Notes: generated from the letters alone by a model not told the origin. Counted from the first letter of the stretch, positions 46,369 through 57,159 are shown. The stretch is 64,000 nucleotides of DNA from Pseudobdellovibrionaceae bacterium (GCA_030591685.1 JAUVAX010000004.1:40230-104229), one strand, 5' to 3'. Program-made: numbers and translations.

Positions 46369-47028
46369 TTATTTTTTAACTGCAACGGTCATCCCCTCTC
46401 CGGTAGGGATAAGAGAGGAGAAGTACTTCTCAGAATTAGATAATCTCCCATTGAATTCTTGCATTATAGCTACAGGGTTAGGGGGTACTTTTATATCTTT
46501 TTGACCCTCACCGTAAACATACCCAAAAAGAAACGTGTTATCCCCGACAATTAATCCGCCTGGTCGCACACACTCCTCAGCCCAGTTTAAGTATTCAATA
46601 TACCCACCCTTGTTGGCATCAATAAACACCATATCAAAAGGGGCTTGGTTTTTAAGTTCAGCTAAGCTCTCTAAAGCTTTGCCCTCAATGAGTGTGATTT
46701 TATCTGCAAAATCTGAGCGCTTAAAAAAATTATTAGCAATTGTAGCATTATGTTTCTCATGCTCCAGGGTATATATATGCCCATCACTAGGGAGAGCTTC
46801 GGCTAACCAAAGGGCTGAGTACCCATATAGAGTGCCTATTTCTACAATTGTTTTAATGCCACCAAGTTTTATAAATGATTGTAATAATCGGGCTTCGTTA
46901 GGGCTAATATGAACCCCTTCTTTTTCGTCTTCTTGTAGTTTCTCCCTAACTGACTGTAGTAATTCATTCTCCTTACCAAAGACTTCATCGATATAATTTT
47001 GCCTCTTTGGAGTGTGTTGATTACGCAT
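46369..47028 (-). CDS. class I SAM-dependent O-methyltransferase (caffeoyl-CoA OMT / YrrM-like)
   Basis: IVEIGTLYGYSALWLAEAL (SAM motif I) and FDMVFIDANKGGYIEY (metal/SAM motif) are typical of the Methyltransf_3 family. Confidence 0.85.
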   Translation of the reverse strand: MRNQHTPKRQNYIDEVFGKENELLQSVREKLQEDEKEGVHISPNEARLLQSFIKLGGIKTIVEIGTLYGYSALWLAEALPSDGHIYTLEHEKHNATIANNFFKRSDFADKITLIEGKALESLAELKNQAPFDMVFIDANKGGYIEYLNWAEECVRPGGLIVGDNTFLFGYVYGEGQKDIKVPPNPVAIMQEFNGRLSNSEKYFSSLIPTGEGMTVAVKK

Positions 47029-47223
47029 AGTTCTCCTAAAAAAATATTAAAACAGTTCTCAAAAAACAACGTGGCGCGGCTGACCTAGCGGACTATAGTA
47101 TGTTTTAAGTTTGTAGTACATCTTCAATGAAAATAATCGGCTCGCTTGTACAAATAAATAGTCCTCAATTGTGTAAAATTAGGATAAAGTACTCACTCAT
47201 CGATCTAAACCCGTGAGGCCTCA

Positions 47224-47898
47224 TTGATCAAACTGCTTATCTTTGATTTTGACGGGACCATTGCCGATTCGGCTCATGGTATCTGCGCTTCGGTAAATGA
47301 GTTTTTAGAAAAACATAATAAGCCCACAATGAGCCTAGAGAGTATAAAGCCCCACATTGGCCTTGGGCTCAGCCAGCTACTGACCGGAATCTTCCCTGGG
47401 GAGGGCCTGTCTTTTTTAGATCAAAAACCTTTGTATGATGATTTTATTAAGTGTTATGAAAATCACTTTTCACAAAATATGACCACCTTCCCAGGTTTCA
47501 ATAATTTTTTAAACTCCTGGGAGTACAAAATAGCCATTGTCTCAAACAAATGGGAGCGCTTTTTAAACCCTTCACTTAAAAAGCTCCAATTAGAACAACA
47601 TAATTGGGTCCATGTATTCGGTCGAGACTCATTACCTGAGCATAAACCACACCCCCTGCCTCTTGAAACCTGCCTAAAAACAGCTCAACTAAAACCCTAC
47701 GAGGCCCTAATGATTGGCGACGGCCTCCCGGACATGAATGCTGCCCGTGCCGCGAATATCAAAAGTGTTGCTGTAGAGTTTGGCTATGGGCCCATTAAGG
47801 CCCTTAAACAGGCCGGTGCGAATTACACCTTAAAGCACTTTGACGACCTACATAAACTGATTGAAGTGATCAATAGCTCAGCAATATCAGGTCCTTAG
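47224..47898 (+). CDS. HAD-superfamily hydrolase (phosphoglycolate phosphatase-like)
   Basis: Motif I LIFDFDGTIADS, motif II IVSNK, motif IV MIGDGLPDMNAA. TTG start in the track. Confidence 0.8.
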   Translation: MIKLLIFDFDGTIADSAHGICASVNEFLEKHNKPTMSLESIKPHIGLGLSQLLTGIFPGEGLSFLDQKPLYDDFIKCYENHFSQNMTTFPGFNNFLNSWEYKIAIVSNKWERFLNPSLKKLQLEQHNWVHVFGRDSLPEHKPHPLPLETCLKTAQLKPYEALMIGDGLPDMNAARAANIKSVAVEFGYGPIKALKQAGANYTLKHFDDLHKLIEVINSSAISGP

Positions 47899-48145
47899 TT
47901 GATACTTATGGACCTTAATGTTTTAAGCCCCGCAGATGCAAAGCCGTTAGTTAATTGTGGGGGCCACTTGACTGAGCCCTCCTAGTATTAACGCTCCCCC
48001 ACGTTCGCACAATTATTCAGCTCAAAAGTTGAAGATTCTCGCTATTATCGCTATAAAAGAAGCGCTACTTTTTAAGCCTAAAAAGGTTGATAACTATTTG
48101 TAACCACTTCTTTTATATAAGGCGAAGTCGGCAGGAGAGAACTCA

Positions 48146-49873
48146 GTGTCCAGTGATATTTTAGTTAAAGATTTAAAAGTTGAATTTAAAACTGATGATG
48201 GAATCATAAAAGCCGTAAAGGGTATTTCTTTTAAAATCCCAAAGGGCAAAACGCTCGGACTTGTGGGTGAGTCGGGGTCTGGAAAGTCCGTCACCTCCCT
48301 TTCTATTATGAAATTGATCCCAAGCCCTCCAGGTAAAATCGCAGGGGGACAAATTATTTTTGAGGGCCAAGACCTTGTTGCTGCTAACGAAGCTCATATG
48401 AGAAAAATTCGGGGCAATAAAATTTCCATGATCTTTCAAGAGCCCATGACAAGCTTAAACCCTGTCTTCACCGTGGGTGAGCAAATTGCTGAAACCCTTA
48501 TGTTACATGAAAACCTCAAAAAAGAACCGGCTCTTAAAAGGTCTATTGAGCTTATGCACCAGGTCGGGATACCTAACCCTGAAGAACGTTTTAAGTCTTA
48601 CCCCCATGAGCTCAGCGGTGGTCAACGACAACGTATTATGATTGCCATGGCCATTGCTTGCTCACCAGACCTACTTATTGCCGATGAGCCGACAACAGCA
48701 CTTGATGTGACCATTCAAAAGCAAATCCTAGAGTTACTTAATGATTTACAAAAAAAATACGGCATGAGCATTTTATTTATCACACACGATTTAGGTGTCA
48801 TTGCAGACATTGCAGACGAAGTGGCCGTTATGTACAGAGGCGAGATTGTTGAGCAGGGCTCTACAGAGCAAATTTTCTCAAGCCCGAAACACCCGTACAC
48901 TAAAGGGCTCTTGGCCTGCAGACCGATGCTTGATAAAAACCCCCATCGCCTACCCACAGTCAGTGACTTTATGACCGAGGATGGCGTCGAGAAACCCTCC
49001 ACAGCTCGGGACCATTTAGTTGAAAAGCAATCTCGACAAATCACAGACGAAAACCCCGTCATATTAGAAATTAAAAACGTACATAAGCACTTCCCCCTTA
49101 AAAAAGGTCTTTTTGGTAATGTGCTTTCATGGGTAAGAGCCGTTGATGACGTTAGTTTAAAAGTAAGACGAGGGCGAACGTTGGGGCTTGTTGGAGAGTC
49201 CGGGTGTGGAAAGACCACTTTAGGGCGTACGATTTTACGACTCACCGAACCCACTAGCGGTAATATTTTATACAAGGGTCAAGACCTCACTGAGCTTTCA
49301 AAAAATGAAATGCGCGATATGCGTCGGAAAATGCAAATTATATTTCAAGACCCCTACGCCTCTTTAAACCCGCGCATGACTGTTGGCTCTGCTATTATGG
49401 AGCCCATGGTGATACACAAAATCGGCAAAGGCAAAAATGACCGCCTACAAAGAGCCGGTGATCTAATAGAAAAGTGCGGGCTCAGCCGCAACGTTCTCAA
49501 CAGATATCCTCACGAATTTTCTGGAGGCCAAAGGCAAAGAATTTGTATTGCACGAGCCCTTGCCGTAGAACCAGAGTTTATTATTTGCGACGAATCGGTT
49601 TCGGCCCTAGATGTCTCTGTACAGGCCCAAATATTAAACCTCTTTATGGATTTACAAAAAGAATTGAACTTAACTTATATCTTCATTTCTCATGACCTGG
49701 CCGTAGTTAAATTTATCTCAGACGAACTTGTTGTTATGAACAATGGTGAAATTGTTGAAATGGCCGATTGCGTTTCTATCTATAAAAATCCACAGCAGGA
49801 CTACACAAAAAGACTATTAAGCGCCATCCCCAAGGGAATACCAAAAAGTCTACTGGCCAACCGAGAGTCATAA
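48146..49873 (+). CDS. duplicated-ATPase ABC protein of the oligopeptide/dipeptide (YejF/GsiA-like) class
   Basis: Two complete cassettes: GESGSGKS...LSGGQRQR...[11 protein letters not shown] and GESGCGKTT...FSGGQRQR...[11 protein letters not shown]. The oligopeptide-type C-terminal motifs (HPYTKGLL; QDYTKRLL) are present. Confidence 0.9.
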   Translation: MSSDILVKDLKVEFKTDDGIIKAVKGISFKIPKGKTLGLVGESGSGKSVTSLSIMKLIPSPPGKIAGGQIIFEGQDLVAANEAHMRKIRGNKISMIFQEPMTSLNPVFTVGEQIAETLMLHENLKKEPALKRSIELMHQVGIPNPEERFKSYPHELSGGQRQRIMIAMAIACSPDLLIADEPTTALDVTIQKQILELLNDLQKKYGMSILFITHDLGVIADIADEVAVMYRGEIVEQGSTEQIFSSPKHPYTKGLLACRPMLDKNPHRLPTVSDFMTEDGVEKPSTARDHLVEKQSRQITDENPVILEIKNVHKHFPLKKGLFGNVLSWVRAVDDVSLKVRRGRTLGLVGESGCGKTTLGRTILRLTEPTSGNILYKGQDLTELSKNEMRDMRRKMQIIFQDPYASLNPRMTVGSAIMEPMVIHKIGKGKNDRLQRAGDLIEKCGLSRNVLNRYPHEFSGGQRQRICIARALAVEPEFIICDESVSALDVSVQAQILNLFMDLQKELNLTYIFISHDLAVVKFISDELVVMNNGEIVEMADCVSIYKNPQQDYTKRLLSAIPKGIPKSLLANRES

Positions 49874-49991
49874 TGACTCTTAGTTGTTTTTAAATGCTCT
49901 TCTTTCGTTGTTTTTTTTTAGTCTTTATTTGACCATGCAGAAACTCATGAATACAATAATTCTAAATCCGTCTACACCTTAGGAGTTTTTT

Positions 49992-51347
49992 ATGATAGCC
50001 ACTATTGACAGCTTTTTAGGGCAGCTTGTTGGGATGATTTGGGGCACCCCCATGGTCGTACTTTTGTGCGGCACCGGTATACTACTCACTCTCTTACTGG
50101 GGTTACCACAAATCAAAGGATTCAAGCATGCAATAGATGTGGTTTTAGGTAAATTTGACGACCCTGATGATCCGGGTGAAATAAATCATTTTCAAGCCCT
50201 AACAACAGCACTTTCTGCCACCGTAGGCTTAGGGAACATTGCCGGCGTGGCCATTGCCATTAAAGTCGGAGGGCCGGGCGCTACGTTTTGGATGATTGTC
50301 GTTGGACTTATCGGCATGTCCACAAAATTTGCAGAATGCTCATTAGCACTGATGTATCGTAAAATTGACCCTGAAACGGGGCATGTTCGTGGCGGACCCA
50401 TGTACTACATCGAACTGGCCCTTGGCAGCGCCTGGAAGCCATTAGCCGTATTTTTTGCCGTTGCCTGTGTATGTTCAAGCTTTGGTGCTGCGAATATGTT
50501 TCAAACAAATCAGGTGGCCTCTATTTTATTTGAAAACTTTGAAGTCCCAAAACTTTTAACAGGCCTTACTCTCTCTGTACTTGTTGGGATCGTTATACTC
50601 GGCGGGATCCGCAGGATTGGCCAAGTCACAGGCTTTCTAGTGCCAGTTATGGGTGGGCTGTACATTTTTGGATCCATCGCCGTTATTGCCATTAATATTG
50701 ATCAACTACCTGGGCTTTTTTCGCTCATCATTAGCGAAGCCTTTAACCCCCAGGCTGTTTCAGGAGGGTTTATATTTGTCCTCATTATGGGAGTTAAAAG
50801 AGCGTGCTTTTCAAACGAAGCCGGACTTGGCTCTGCCCCCATTGCCCATGCGGCGGTGGCCACAAAAGAACCCATTAGAGAGGGCGTTGTGGCCCTACTT
50901 GAACCCTTTATAGATACTGTCGTTATATGCACAATGACCGCTCTTGTGATTTTGATTTCTGGTGCCTGGAAAGGCGAAGCGTCTGGAGTTATATTAACGG
51001 CTCAAGCCTTTAACTCTGCCATCCCTGGGTTTGGGACTTACTTTGTACCTATTGCTGTAGTGCTCTTTGCTTACTCCACCTTATTAAGCTGGTGTTATTA
51101 CGGCGAGCAGGCCATCGAGTACTTGTTTGGCTCAAAAGCTATTGTGTTTTATAAAATTGTCTTTTGTTCCCTCGCCACTGTCGGAGCCATATGGAAGTCT
51201 GATGCCGTCTTAAACTTCTCAGACTCTATGCTTGGGTTAATGGTTATCCCTAACCTCATCGCTGTTATTTTACTGTTTCCAAAGCTTAAAAAAGCTTCTC
51301 AAATTTATTTTAGTAAATTAAAAAATGGTGAGTTTCAAAAACAATAA
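49992..51347 (+). CDS. agcS: alanine/glycine:cation symporter (AGCS family)
   Basis: FQALTTALSATVGLGNIAGVAIAI..GGPGATFWM and NEAGLGSAPIAHAA are AGCS family signatures. About 11 TM segments. Confidence 0.9.
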   Translation: MIATIDSFLGQLVGMIWGTPMVVLLCGTGILLTLLLGLPQIKGFKHAIDVVLGKFDDPDDPGEINHFQALTTALSATVGLGNIAGVAIAIKVGGPGATFWMIVVGLIGMSTKFAECSLALMYRKIDPETGHVRGGPMYYIELALGSAWKPLAVFFAVACVCSSFGAANMFQTNQVASILFENFEVPKLLTGLTLSVLVGIVILGGIRRIGQVTGFLVPVMGGLYIFGSIAVIAINIDQLPGLFSLIISEAFNPQAVSGGFIFVLIMGVKRACFSNEAGLGSAPIAHAAVATKEPIREGVVALLEPFIDTVVICTMTALVILISGAWKGEASGVILTAQAFNSAIPGFGTYFVPIAVVLFAYSTLLSWCYYGEQAIEYLFGSKAIVFYKIVFCSLATVGAIWKSDAVLNFSDSMLGLMVIPNLIAVILLFPKLKKASQIYFSKLKNGEFQKQ

Positions 51348-51350
51348 ATT

Positions 51351-51388
51351 AAAAGAGGCGTGCTTTGATTAAAGTACGCCTCTTTTTT
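51351..51388 (+). terminator. rho-independent terminator after the AGCS symporter gene
   Basis: Stem GAGGCGTGCTTT (51355-51366) / AAAGTACGCCTC (51371-51382) with one G-U pair, loop GATT, then TTTTTT (51383-51388). It starts 4 nt after the stop. Confidence 0.8.
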
Positions 51389-51486
51389 AAATAACCTCGA
51401 TGTTTTTTTACTTAAACCGTTACCGCTGAACACCATGGTATTTTATTCATAAACCTTTACAAGCCCAGGTTGTTTTAAAAAAAACA

Positions 51487-52776
51487 TTAAACCTTTGGTT
51501 GGCTTGGCTGCTTAACGCTTAAAACACTTAGTGGCAAAGCCGCCTTAGGGAGTTTAAAATAATACATCCCCGTGCCCCCATGAACCGTTTCAACTCGCTC
51601 CCCTTTAGGGCTTAAAACTTCATTAATTGTAAATTCAAAATTAGACTGATCGGGCCCTAAGACCTCGCACACCTGGCCCTTTTCTAGTTTGTTTCGCACC
51701 TCAACGGGGACAAACCCCTCAGGAGTACCTTCATCACTTTTTTTAATAAGGCCTGCAAATTTTTGTGAAAAGTTTCGAGCCACACTGGTATCAAAATTTT
51801 GACCCTTGACCCCACGTTCGTTATTAAAAAAGAATCCCGTATGGTAGCCACGGTTTGCAACCTTATCGAGTTCTCCTATAAGCTCGGGGTTAAACTCTTG
51901 ACCAGATACTAAATCATCAATGGCCTTTCTGTAGGCCCTCGCTACCATGGAAACATAGTAAACAGACTTTGTGCGCCCCTCGACTTTAAATGAACAAATG
52001 CCTGCGTCCTTCATCGCCCTTAGGTGCTGGATCATTCTGAGGTCCTTGGCGTTCATTATAAACGTACCATTTTCATCTTCGTTAATTTTATAAAACTCAC
52101 CCTTATTTCTAAGGTCCTCGATATAGTAATCGTTATCCTCAGAAGCTTTTGTTTCAAAAACATTAAATTTTTCTCTACATGAGTTATCACACACCCCGTT
52201 ATTAGCATCTCGGTATGAAAAATACGAGGACATCAAACATCGGCCCGAATAAGCTATACAAATAGAGCCATGAACAAAGGCCTCTAGCTCAACTGTGGGC
52301 ACTCTTTGTTTAATTTCTTTAATTTCACCAACACTCAGCTCTCGTGATAATATAATTCGCTTAACACCCATAACCTCGTGCCAAAATTTAACCGCCTGCC
52401 AGTTCATACAGTTCGCTTGCACAGAAAGGTGGATGTCTATTTCCGGGCACTTCTCACGAACAATCATCATTAACCCTGGATCACTGATGATAAAGGCATC
52501 GGGCTTAATACTAGCCCACTCATCAAGATGAGTAACAAAGGGTTTAAGCTTTCGGTTTCGAGCAAAAATATTGGCTGTTACAAAGAGCTTTTTATTGTGC
52601 TTGTCCGCAAGCGCCCTTGCTTTTTTTAACCCTTCTAAATCAAACTCATTTTCTCGGGCTCGAAGGCTAAAAAAAGGCACCCCCACATAAGCAGCATCAG
52701 CACCATAAGCATAAGCGTACTCTAGTTTTTGATATGACCCGGCGGGCATTAATAACTCTAGGCTGTTTGTCTCCAT
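51487..52776 (-). CDS. peptidase U32 family protein (YegQ-like)
   Basis: LELLMPAGSYQKLEYAYAYGADAAYVG at the N-terminus and the E..VHG..C.AYSGRC Cys-containing motif (EAFVHGSICIAYSGRCLMS) are typical of U32 proteins. Confidence 0.85.
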   Translation of the reverse strand: METNSLELLMPAGSYQKLEYAYAYGADAAYVGVPFFSLRARENEFDLEGLKKARALADKHNKKLFVTANIFARNRKLKPFVTHLDEWASIKPDAFIISDPGLMMIVREKCPEIDIHLSVQANCMNWQAVKFWHEVMGVKRIILSRELSVGEIKEIKQRVPTVELEAFVHGSICIAYSGRCLMSSYFSYRDANNGVCDNSCREKFNVFETKASEDNDYYIEDLRNKGEFYKINEDENGTFIMNAKDLRMIQHLRAMKDAGICSFKVEGRTKSVYYVSMVARAYRKAIDDLVSGQEFNPELIGELDKVANRGYHTGFFFNNERGVKGQNFDTSVARNFSQKFAGLIKKSDEGTPEGFVPVEVRNKLEKGQVCEVLGPDQSNFEFTINEVLSPKGERVETVHGGTGMYYFKLPKAALPLSVLSVKQPSQPKV

Positions 52777-52846
52777 ACAAAGGACTCCCTAATATAGACA
52801 TCTGCATTGACTAAATAGTCTCATAGCACAAATTTCTTGGGATATC

Positions 52847-54733
52847 ATGTCCCGATCATTCAAATACGTAACTCTAAAATTAAAATCAGTTGAAGTTGTA
52901 ATTATATATTTATATCAAGTAGTTACCATGATTCAAGACACTCTAAGTAATACTGATAATGATTGCTCACCCAAGGAAAGTTCACTAAAGAGCTTCTTTT
53001 TAGGCCCTCAATCTGAAAATGCTTATTGGGTGCAGAATACCTTAGTTAATATTTTCTCCCGGTGGTTTGATTGGCGAAACCGCATTCACCCAGAAGATGG
53101 CCGCGCCATCAGTGACATCGACCAGCAGTCTCAACAGTTTCAACAATGCAAATTAAAAATGACTGAGCTCATTACCTCCCTTATGGACCGGTTTGAACTT
53201 GAAATCCCCAAGTTCAGCCCACGATACATTGGCCATATGACATCTGAAATTTCACTACCAGCACTGTTTGGGCATATTATCACCCTTTTACATAACCCTA
53301 ATAATGTCACTGGCGAGTCCTCAGCTGTGGGTATTGAATTTGAGCACGAGGCCATTGAGGAACTACTAAAATTAACCGGCTATAAAGGGGGCTATGGTCA
53401 CTTTACCTCCGGTGGCACTATAGCTAACTTTGAAAGCCTTACAAGGGCTCGCTCTCGAATGCAAACTTGGTTAGCCATGGCGTGTGTTTTAAAGTCAAAA
53501 CATGGGGTTCAATTAGATTTTTTTAAAGCCTCCCACATGGGCTGGGCTCAGTATCATCAATATATTAAAATTTATAAAATTAAACACAGTGAGCTTAACG
53601 AGTGGCTTTTGTTTGATGCCTCTCCTGTCCATGCCATTAAATTGTATACTCATATTTTTGGCGAATACAAAGAGCCCGTAATTTTAGCCCCAAAAACCAA
53701 ACACTACTCTTGGGAGAAAGGTGCAAAATATTTTGGCTTTGGCAAAGAGAACCTTTGGCCTGTTGAGCTAGATCAAAATGGAAAGTTAGACATTCACGAC
53801 CTTGAAAAAAAAATAAAACTCGCTTCTAGTACAAACACACCTATTTTAATGATTGTTTCTGTTTGCGGCACTACGGAGTTCGGCAGCATAGACCCTCTAG
53901 ATGAGATCCACCAAAAATTGAAAATACTCCAAAGAGACAACTTACACATATGGCATCATATTGATGCCGCTTACGGCGGCCTATTCTTAAGCCTACTAAA
54001 AACCCCCGATGAAGACACCAATCTAGAACACTCAAAATTTCTCAGCGAACACACCTGCGCGGCCCTTCGGGCTATCCCCGAGAGCCAGTCCATTACTATT
54101 GACCCACACAAGCTCGCTTACGTACCCTATTCTTCTGGGTGCTTTTTAGTTCGCGACCCCCACGAGTATCAAATTCATAGTGAAAACATACCTTATCTGG
54201 ACTTCACCGAGGAAAAAAGTAGAGGCCAGTATACCCTTGAGGGGTCAAGGTCTGCTGCCGGTAGCGTTGCCACATGGCTCACCGCTAAGTCTATTGGTTT
54301 TAACTGTTATGGCTATGGTTCAATAATAGGTCGAACTATTGAAAGTCGACTATTACTTCAAACAGCTTTAGAGGACCTCTCCAAGTCTATTAAAATCTTA
54401 CCCGATTTAGAGACGAATATTTTATGTTTTATCATTGCACGCTCTGGAGAGCCTTTAAGCCATGCTAATAGTAAAACGCTAAAGACCTATGAAAAGTTTT
54501 CAACACTGCAAAGCAACCCTACTTTTTACTTTTCAAAATCAATAATTGATAAAAATATTTCAACTCTATTTTTCAATAATCTTGTTGATACATGGGATCT
54601 AAAAAAAGATGATGACCATATTCACCTGTTGCGCCTTTGCATAATGAATCCTTTTTTTAATTCAAAAGAATCAAAGACAGACTATATAAGCCTACTTGTT
54701 AGCGATCTCAAAAAACATATACAATCACTTTAA
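52847..54733 (+). CDS. group II pyridoxal-phosphate-dependent amino-acid decarboxylase
   Basis: HFTSGGTIANFESL, HIDAAYGG and SITIDPHKLAYVPYSSGCFLVRD (PLP Lys). The likely true start is the internal Met (MIQDTLSN) about 26 codons into the track ORF. Confidence 0.8.
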   Translation: MSRSFKYVTLKLKSVEVVIIYLYQVVTMIQDTLSNTDNDCSPKESSLKSFFLGPQSENAYWVQNTLVNIFSRWFDWRNRIHPEDGRAISDIDQQSQQFQQCKLKMTELITSLMDRFELEIPKFSPRYIGHMTSEISLPALFGHIITLLHNPNNVTGESSAVGIEFEHEAIEELLKLTGYKGGYGHFTSGGTIANFESLTRARSRMQTWLAMACVLKSKHGVQLDFFKASHMGWAQYHQYIKIYKIKHSELNEWLLFDASPVHAIKLYTHIFGEYKEPVILAPKTKHYSWEKGAKYFGFGKENLWPVELDQNGKLDIHDLEKKIKLASSTNTPILMIVSVCGTTEFGSIDPLDEIHQKLKILQRDNLHIWHHIDAAYGGLFLSLLKTPDEDTNLEHSKFLSEHTCAALRAIPESQSITIDPHKLAYVPYSSGCFLVRDPHEYQIHSENIPYLDFTEEKSRGQYTLEGSRSAAGSVATWLTAKSIGFNCYGYGSIIGRTIESRLLLQTALEDLSKSIKILPDLETNILCFIIARSGEPLSHANSKTLKTYEKFSTLQSNPTFYFSKSIIDKNISTLFFNNLVDTWDLKKDDDHIHLLRLCIMNPFFNSKESKTDYISLLVSDLKKHIQSL

Positions 54734-54751
54734 CTGGATTTATCGCGACCG

Positions 54752-55588
54752 TTATGAAGTAATGTCGTGTATATGCTTGGTGTTTACCTTTGGGTTCCCT
54801 GATTTACTAACACTAACGATGTCTGCAAATTGCCCCTCTGATTTTATATCATCGACACCATAGGCTTGCTTTGAATATATCTGATGCGAAAAAGTACTAT
54901 CAAATCCAACAAGGGTTGCGACAACAGCAACACCCTCCTGCTTTAAATCAGATAAAGTTTTATTATAAAATGGGCTCTCTTTAGTAATTGTATGAATCAC
55001 AGTCCAAGAGAGCTCTAAAAGGGGGTTGTGCTTTCTTCTCACGAGTAGGTTTTCAAAACGCCTCATTAATATGCCTTCTTTAGTGATCTCATTATAAGTG
55101 TACGTTAAATAGATTTTAGCGTCGACAATCTGATTTTTTCTTTCATTTGCCAGCCTCAGCATCACTGACTTCTCGCCGTTATGCTCAGTAATTAAAATTT
55201 TATTACTAAACACAATTTTTGATGACGGCCTGGAAAACCGAGCAAATAACAGCCCCGTAGCCATGGCTAAATTAATAACCCCTACATAAACCTGAGCTGT
55301 TACGATGTAGTTGGCATAGTCTGTTTTTGGATACATCAAACCATAACCAATAGTAGATATACTTTGAACTGAAAAAAAGAAGTGATCTAAAAAATTACCC
55401 ATTTTAGCATTAGCAATACAGCCCGGATCAAGCATATAAAGAAAAGCAAATACCGTGTTAATTAATAGGTAAACTATTATTGAAAAAATGAAAAAGTAGT
55501 GAACAGGCCAAGTTAAAATTTTATGGTAAGGGTCTCTGGTTATCCGGCGGGCATCAAAAAATGAATGTATACCTGTGTTCACTTTCAT
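54752..55588 (-). CDS. prokaryotic inward-rectifier-type K+ channel (KirBac family)
   Basis: Two TM helices flank a pore helix and the selectivity filter FFFSVQSISTIGYGLMYP. The cytoplasmic beta-rich domain after ARFSRP matches the Kir layout (slide helix, M1, P, M2, C-terminal domain). Confidence 0.85.
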   Translation of the reverse strand: MKVNTGIHSFFDARRITRDPYHKILTWPVHYFFIFSIIVYLLINTVFAFLYMLDPGCIANAKMGNFLDHFFFSVQSISTIGYGLMYPKTDYANYIVTAQVYVGVINLAMATGLLFARFSRPSSKIVFSNKILITEHNGEKSVMLRLANERKNQIVDAKIYLTYTYNEITKEGILMRRFENLLVRRKHNPLLELSWTVIHTITKESPFYNKTLSDLKQEGVAVVATLVGFDSTFSHQIYSKQAYGVDDIKSEGQFADIVSVSKSGNPKVNTKHIHDITS

Positions 55589-55607
55589 TGGTCAAATGCT
55601 CTCAAAA

Positions 55608-56102
55608 CTAACCTCTTAACCGAACTAAGGTTCTCACTGTTTTTTTAATTTGTTCTACATCAAAGGGTTTTTTAATGTAGTCATCAGCTCCTGCCTCAAA
55701 GCCCCTTTTTATATCTTCTTTGCTTGTTTTCCCAGAAACAAAAATAATTGGCAGATGCTTTAGGTCTGAGTTTTCTTTCATTAACTCACACAGTTCGTAA
55801 CCGTTAACCCAGGGCAATCCCACATCTAAAATAATTAGATCCAACGCGGCATCATCTAAGACTTCAGATAGCTCAGAGCCGTCTTTAGCTGTAATGACCT
55901 TATACCCTTCACCCTCAAAAATTCGCTTAAGAGCTTGGCGTATAGATTCGTCGTCATCGATCACAAGCAATGTCATTGTATCTTGCTTTTCGTTGACCTT
56001 ACGGTACTCACTTAAAGAGACCACCTTTCCTTTTGAAATTCGCTCTTTAGTGATCTTGTCTATTTTTTCTACCAAACTTTTAGTATTTATTTTTTTACCC
56101 AA
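55608..56102 (-). CDS. single-domain response regulator (REC) with ~40-aa basic N-terminal extension
   Basis: LLVIDDDESIRQAL, phospho-acceptor LIILDVGLP, VSGKTS and GADDYIKKPF. There is no output domain and no histidine kinase nearby. Confidence 0.85.
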   Translation of the reverse strand: MGKKINTKSLVEKIDKITKERISKGKVVSLSEYRKVNEKQDTMTLLVIDDDESIRQALKRIFEGEGYKVITAKDGSELSEVLDDAALDLIILDVGLPWVNGYELCELMKENSDLKHLPIIFVSGKTSKEDIKRGFEAGADDYIKKPFDVEQIKKTVRTLVRLRG

Positions 56103-56112
56103 AAAATTCCCC

Positions 56113-57042
56113 TTAGGAGTTTTCAGTCAACCAACGCTCGCAATCAATGGCTGCCATACAGCCCGTGCCGGCAGCCGAAATGGCCTGTCTGTACACGTGA
56201 TCTTGAACATCCCCTGCGGCAAACACTCCATCCACAGAAGTGTACGTTGATTTAGACTTAGTTTCAATATACCCCTGGTCGTTCATCTCAATTTGACCTT
56301 TAAAAATACTCGTATTTGGTCTGTGTCCGATGGCTATGAAAACTCCGTCCATTGGGAGCCCTTGCTCTTCTCCTGATTGAGTGTTTTTAACCTTGATCGA
56401 CTTTACCAAAGTATCACCCAATATTTCTACAAGTTGTGTGTTCCAGAGAATTTCAATTTTCTCATGAGCTTTTACTCGGTCCACCATTATTTTAGACGCT
56501 CTAAATTCATCTCTGCGATGTATCACCATTACCTTTTTGGCAAAGCGAGTTAAAAACAAGGCCTCTTCCATTGCTGTGTCTCCGCCACCAACAATGGCCA
56601 CGTTCATGTTTCTAAAAAAAGCTCCATCACAAGTGGCACACGCCGAGACACCCTTTCCTAAAAATGTTTTTTCACTTTCTAGGCCCAAATACGTAGCACT
56701 GGCACCAGTACTAATAATCACTGCATTGGCCTGGTATTCCTTATCACTCACCCATACCTTAAATGGTCGAGATGAAAAATCAACCTTACTTACGTTCGAT
56801 GAAACAAACCGGGTGCCAAAACGCTCGGCTTGCTTTCGAGTTAAGGTCATGAGATCTGGGCCCATCACCCCGTCCGGAAACCCTGGGTAGTTTTCAACAT
56901 CAGTTGTTGTCATTAATTGTCCACCAACCTCTTCGCCCTCAATCATAAGTGGGTTAAGGTTGGCTCTCGCCGCGTAAATAGCAGCGGTTAAACCAGCTGG
57001 GCCTGAGCCAATAATCAAAATATTTTCAATAGTCTTGTCCAC
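56113..57042 (-). CDS. trxB: thioredoxin-disulfide reductase
   Basis: FAD motif IIGSGPAGLTAAIYAAR, redox-active CATCDG, NADPH motif VGGGDTAMEEA, and C-terminal GVFAAGDV. Confidence 0.95.
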   Translation of the reverse strand: MDKTIENILIIGSGPAGLTAAIYAARANLNPLMIEGEEVGGQLMTTTDVENYPGFPDGVMGPDLMTLTRKQAERFGTRFVSSNVSKVDFSSRPFKVWVSDKEYQANAVIISTGASATYLGLESEKTFLGKGVSACATCDGAFFRNMNVAIVGGGDTAMEEALFLTRFAKKVMVIHRRDEFRASKIMVDRVKAHEKIEILWNTQLVEILGDTLVKSIKVKNTQSGEEQGLPMDGVFIAIGHRPNTSIFKGQIEMNDQGYIETKSKSTYTSVDGVFAAGDVQDHVYRQAISAAGTGCMAAIDCERWLTENS

Positions 57043-57159
57043 AAAAAACTCCCATTAATTATTTTATAAATTACTACCGGTGAGTCTACACTGAATTGCT
57101 CTTGAATTCAAAACTTCGAGAGCTACATTTATATTTAGCCCCGGCGCATACATTTTATT

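Noticed and set aside
47953-48020. Imperfect inverted repeat (aattgtgggggc ... cccccacgttcgcacaatt) downstream of the HAD gene
   Set aside because: The two half-sites can pair in two mutually exclusive registers of 7 bp. There is no T-run, so it is not a convincing intrinsic terminator, and I cannot distinguish an operator from chance.
48715-49275. 186-aa antisense ORF inside the duplicated ABC ATPase gene
   Set aside because: The sense strand carries complete Walker A, signature and Walker B motifs twice. The antisense product has no motif and a typical shadow-ORF composition.
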